NCBI GenBank assembly: GCA_038087875.1
Contig: CM075998.1
Location: 3,846,001 to 3,910,000 of the forward strand
DNA length: 64,000 nt
Origin: Malacoraja senta
Taxonomy: Eukaryota
Direction: 5' to 3'
Under the pieces are notes generated by a model. That model did no database searches and was not told the DNA's origin. It saw nothing but the letters and a program-made list of their open reading frames with translations. A program made the translations under genes and the position numbers. This document shows positions 61,978 to 64,000 of this stretch, in pieces. The stretch's first letter is position 1; each line of letters opens with the position of its first letter.

Positions 61978-62013
61978 GGGTCTGAAGAAGGGTCTCGACC
62001 CGAAACGTCACCC
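61978..62013 (+). ncRNA. Putative minimal type I hammerhead ribozyme (Penelope-associated) in TFCP2 intron 9
   Basis: GGGU-CUGAAGA-A-GGGU(CUCG)ACCC-GAAA-C-GUC-ACCC. Stem I is GGGU/ACCC, the core is conserved, stem II is intact and ACGU replaces stem III. Activity is untested. Confidence 0.55.
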
Positions 62014-64000
62014 ATTCCTTCTCTCCAGAGATGTTGCCTGTCCCGTTGGGTTTTTATGTCTACCTCTGATTTAAACCAGCATCTGCAGTTCTTTCCTACG
62101 AATGACAAGATGTCATTCACGTTTGCGCATCTGATTTTTGATAAACAGTTCTGAATCCTTGTGTAGGAAGGAATTGCAGATGCTGGTTTACACTGAAGAT
62201 CGACACAAAATGATGAACTCAGTGGGAAAGGCAGCATCTCTGGAGAACTCTGGTGACGTTTCATAGGGACTGAAGAAGGGTCCAAACCCAAAACGTCACC
62301 CATTCCTTCTCTCCAGAGATGCTGCCTGTCCTGCTGATTTACTCCAGCATTGTGTGTCTATCTAGTTCTGAATCCTTGTTGTACAAATATAAATGGAGAC
62401 TCAACTATCTCTGGATGCATAAGATGACAGGCCGTTTGTGGCAGACAGTTGTTGCACAAGAGGATTAGATGAGGTGAAGGTGTTGGCTACTTGTTTACTT
62501 TTTTTGCATGGGGTCGATGTAGGCAAGAATAATTTTTTTTGAACTTGAATATTATGTGGTCAAGGAATAATTTTATAAAGCTAAATGGTTGAATGCATAA
62601 TTCCTTGCCTGTGATGTGGGTCAGGCTGCAAAAACAACCTATTAATCGTAGTTGAGCAAAGAAGCACGTATGTAGATTAGTTTGGCAAAATGTTGGGAAC
62701 ATTACTGTTTTTGTTAATTTGGTATATATATTTTGATTTTGTTTTAATGGGCAGTATAGATGTAACCGCCTTGAAGTTGATCAAAATATTGAACCCTGGT
62801 CCAAGTGTTCCATACTAATTGGCACTAATTCTAAATTTACAACGGAGCTTTATTATTGGAAATAATTAAAATTTGATTTATTCAACTGCACAAGTTGGTT
62901 TATTTTGAAATTACAATGCCCATCCCATTTTATTAGCTTGTCTCCCAGTTGCATCAAAATCCATTTGCTACCCTAGATCAATCTTAATTTTACTATTCTA
63001 AGTAGCGCATTGTACTGAAGTCTTCATACTTCTCCTAGGCTCTGGCCTCTTATTCATGGAAACATGTACGAGAGAATTCTTCTGAATTTAACGGAGTTCT
63101 GTGGGTCTTCACATGCTGGTAAACTTTATTTGTGTTGAGGAAAAGGAAGGAGAGATGTTCAGAAGGCTCGGGCAGTTCTTCTAGTGCAAACCTCGGCTTA
63201 GCTAACTCTGGAACTCTGCTGTTGAAGGTGTATTGGTGCAGCCCATATTATTTAGTGTGAACTAAATGCAAGTTGTCGCATAAGGAAGAATCTAAAAGTA
63301 AATGTGCATGTGGAAGAGTGTGGGGGATATTGTTGAAAATTCCACACTTTTCAGTTAAGCTCTTCTGCAATGGGGGATCCTGAATAGAATAACCTTGGAA
63401 ATAAAGTTAAATCACATAAATACGACCTCTTATAGAAGTATTTAGGTGGATGCAGAAGGCGCTGTTACAAATGTCCAGAGAAACAAAATTAATTAAATTA
63501 TTTTAAAAGAGCACAGATATTAATTTGCTAAATAACTAACTTTAAAGAATACAGGAAAAATATCAACTGTTTTTATTTTTTTATTTTTTATTTTTTTTAT
63601 TTTTTATTTATTAGAAGTACATTACATTACAACCACATACATTAGTACTCGTCACATATCTTCTTACAATTAATAAAAATATCAACTGTTATGGCTGATT
63701 AAAACTAGCTTAAGGAGATTGATGGTTCCACTGTTCCCAACTCTGTTTTATATTTTACTATCGTGCAGTCTCGGGCTGCTAACATTCTATACTTGTACAG
63801 TTAAGTGTAAAGGAGGTCTCTTTGGGATCATGGTGATATCAAGATGGAGCCAGAAAGAACTCTGAAAATCCTTGCTGTAGTTGGTTGGAGAAGTATTGGG
63901 AAGCAGGGAATTGCTCTGTTTGTCTACTGTGTGGGGTTTTCACATTACAAGTCTAGTAGTATCTCTGCTTGCACTTTAGAAACATAGAAAATTGGTGCAG

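Noticed and set aside
63039..63118. Exon-like segment (tag|...|gtaaac) as TFCP2 exon 10
   Set aside because: Its translation ALASYSWKHV... does not resemble the expected NLLP...QQWL, and 80 bp would shift the frame; no support beyond splice-like motifs.

Overview
Vertebrate nuclear DNA. The repeat content (HE1/V-SINE-type tRNA SINEs, many CR1 LINEs, Penelope-derived repeats) points to a cartilaginous fish, probably a skate or ray; this is an inference. The window has two + strand genes. The first is the last four coding exons of a class VI POU homeobox gene (2712-9528): POU6F1 by its position upstream of TFCP2, but with a POU6F2-like POU domain and C-terminus. The second is TFCP2 coding exons 1-9 (40684-60741) behind a CpG-island promoter; the gene continues past the window. 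All exons were delimited by GT/AG boundaries and splice in frame. The rest is mostly transposable elements: CR1 (including one nested in another), L2, Rex1/Babar, Penelope, a complete decayed IR/DR Tc1, a Harbinger-type MITE and an Academ-like element. The main non-coding signal is a dispersed family of Penelope-derived repeats carrying minimal hammerhead ribozyme motifs. These occur as fold-back pairs, as two 66-bp tandem arrays, and as one complete sense copy with an antisense lock in TFCP2 intron 9. Comparisons with human and fish sequences are from memory; no searches were run.
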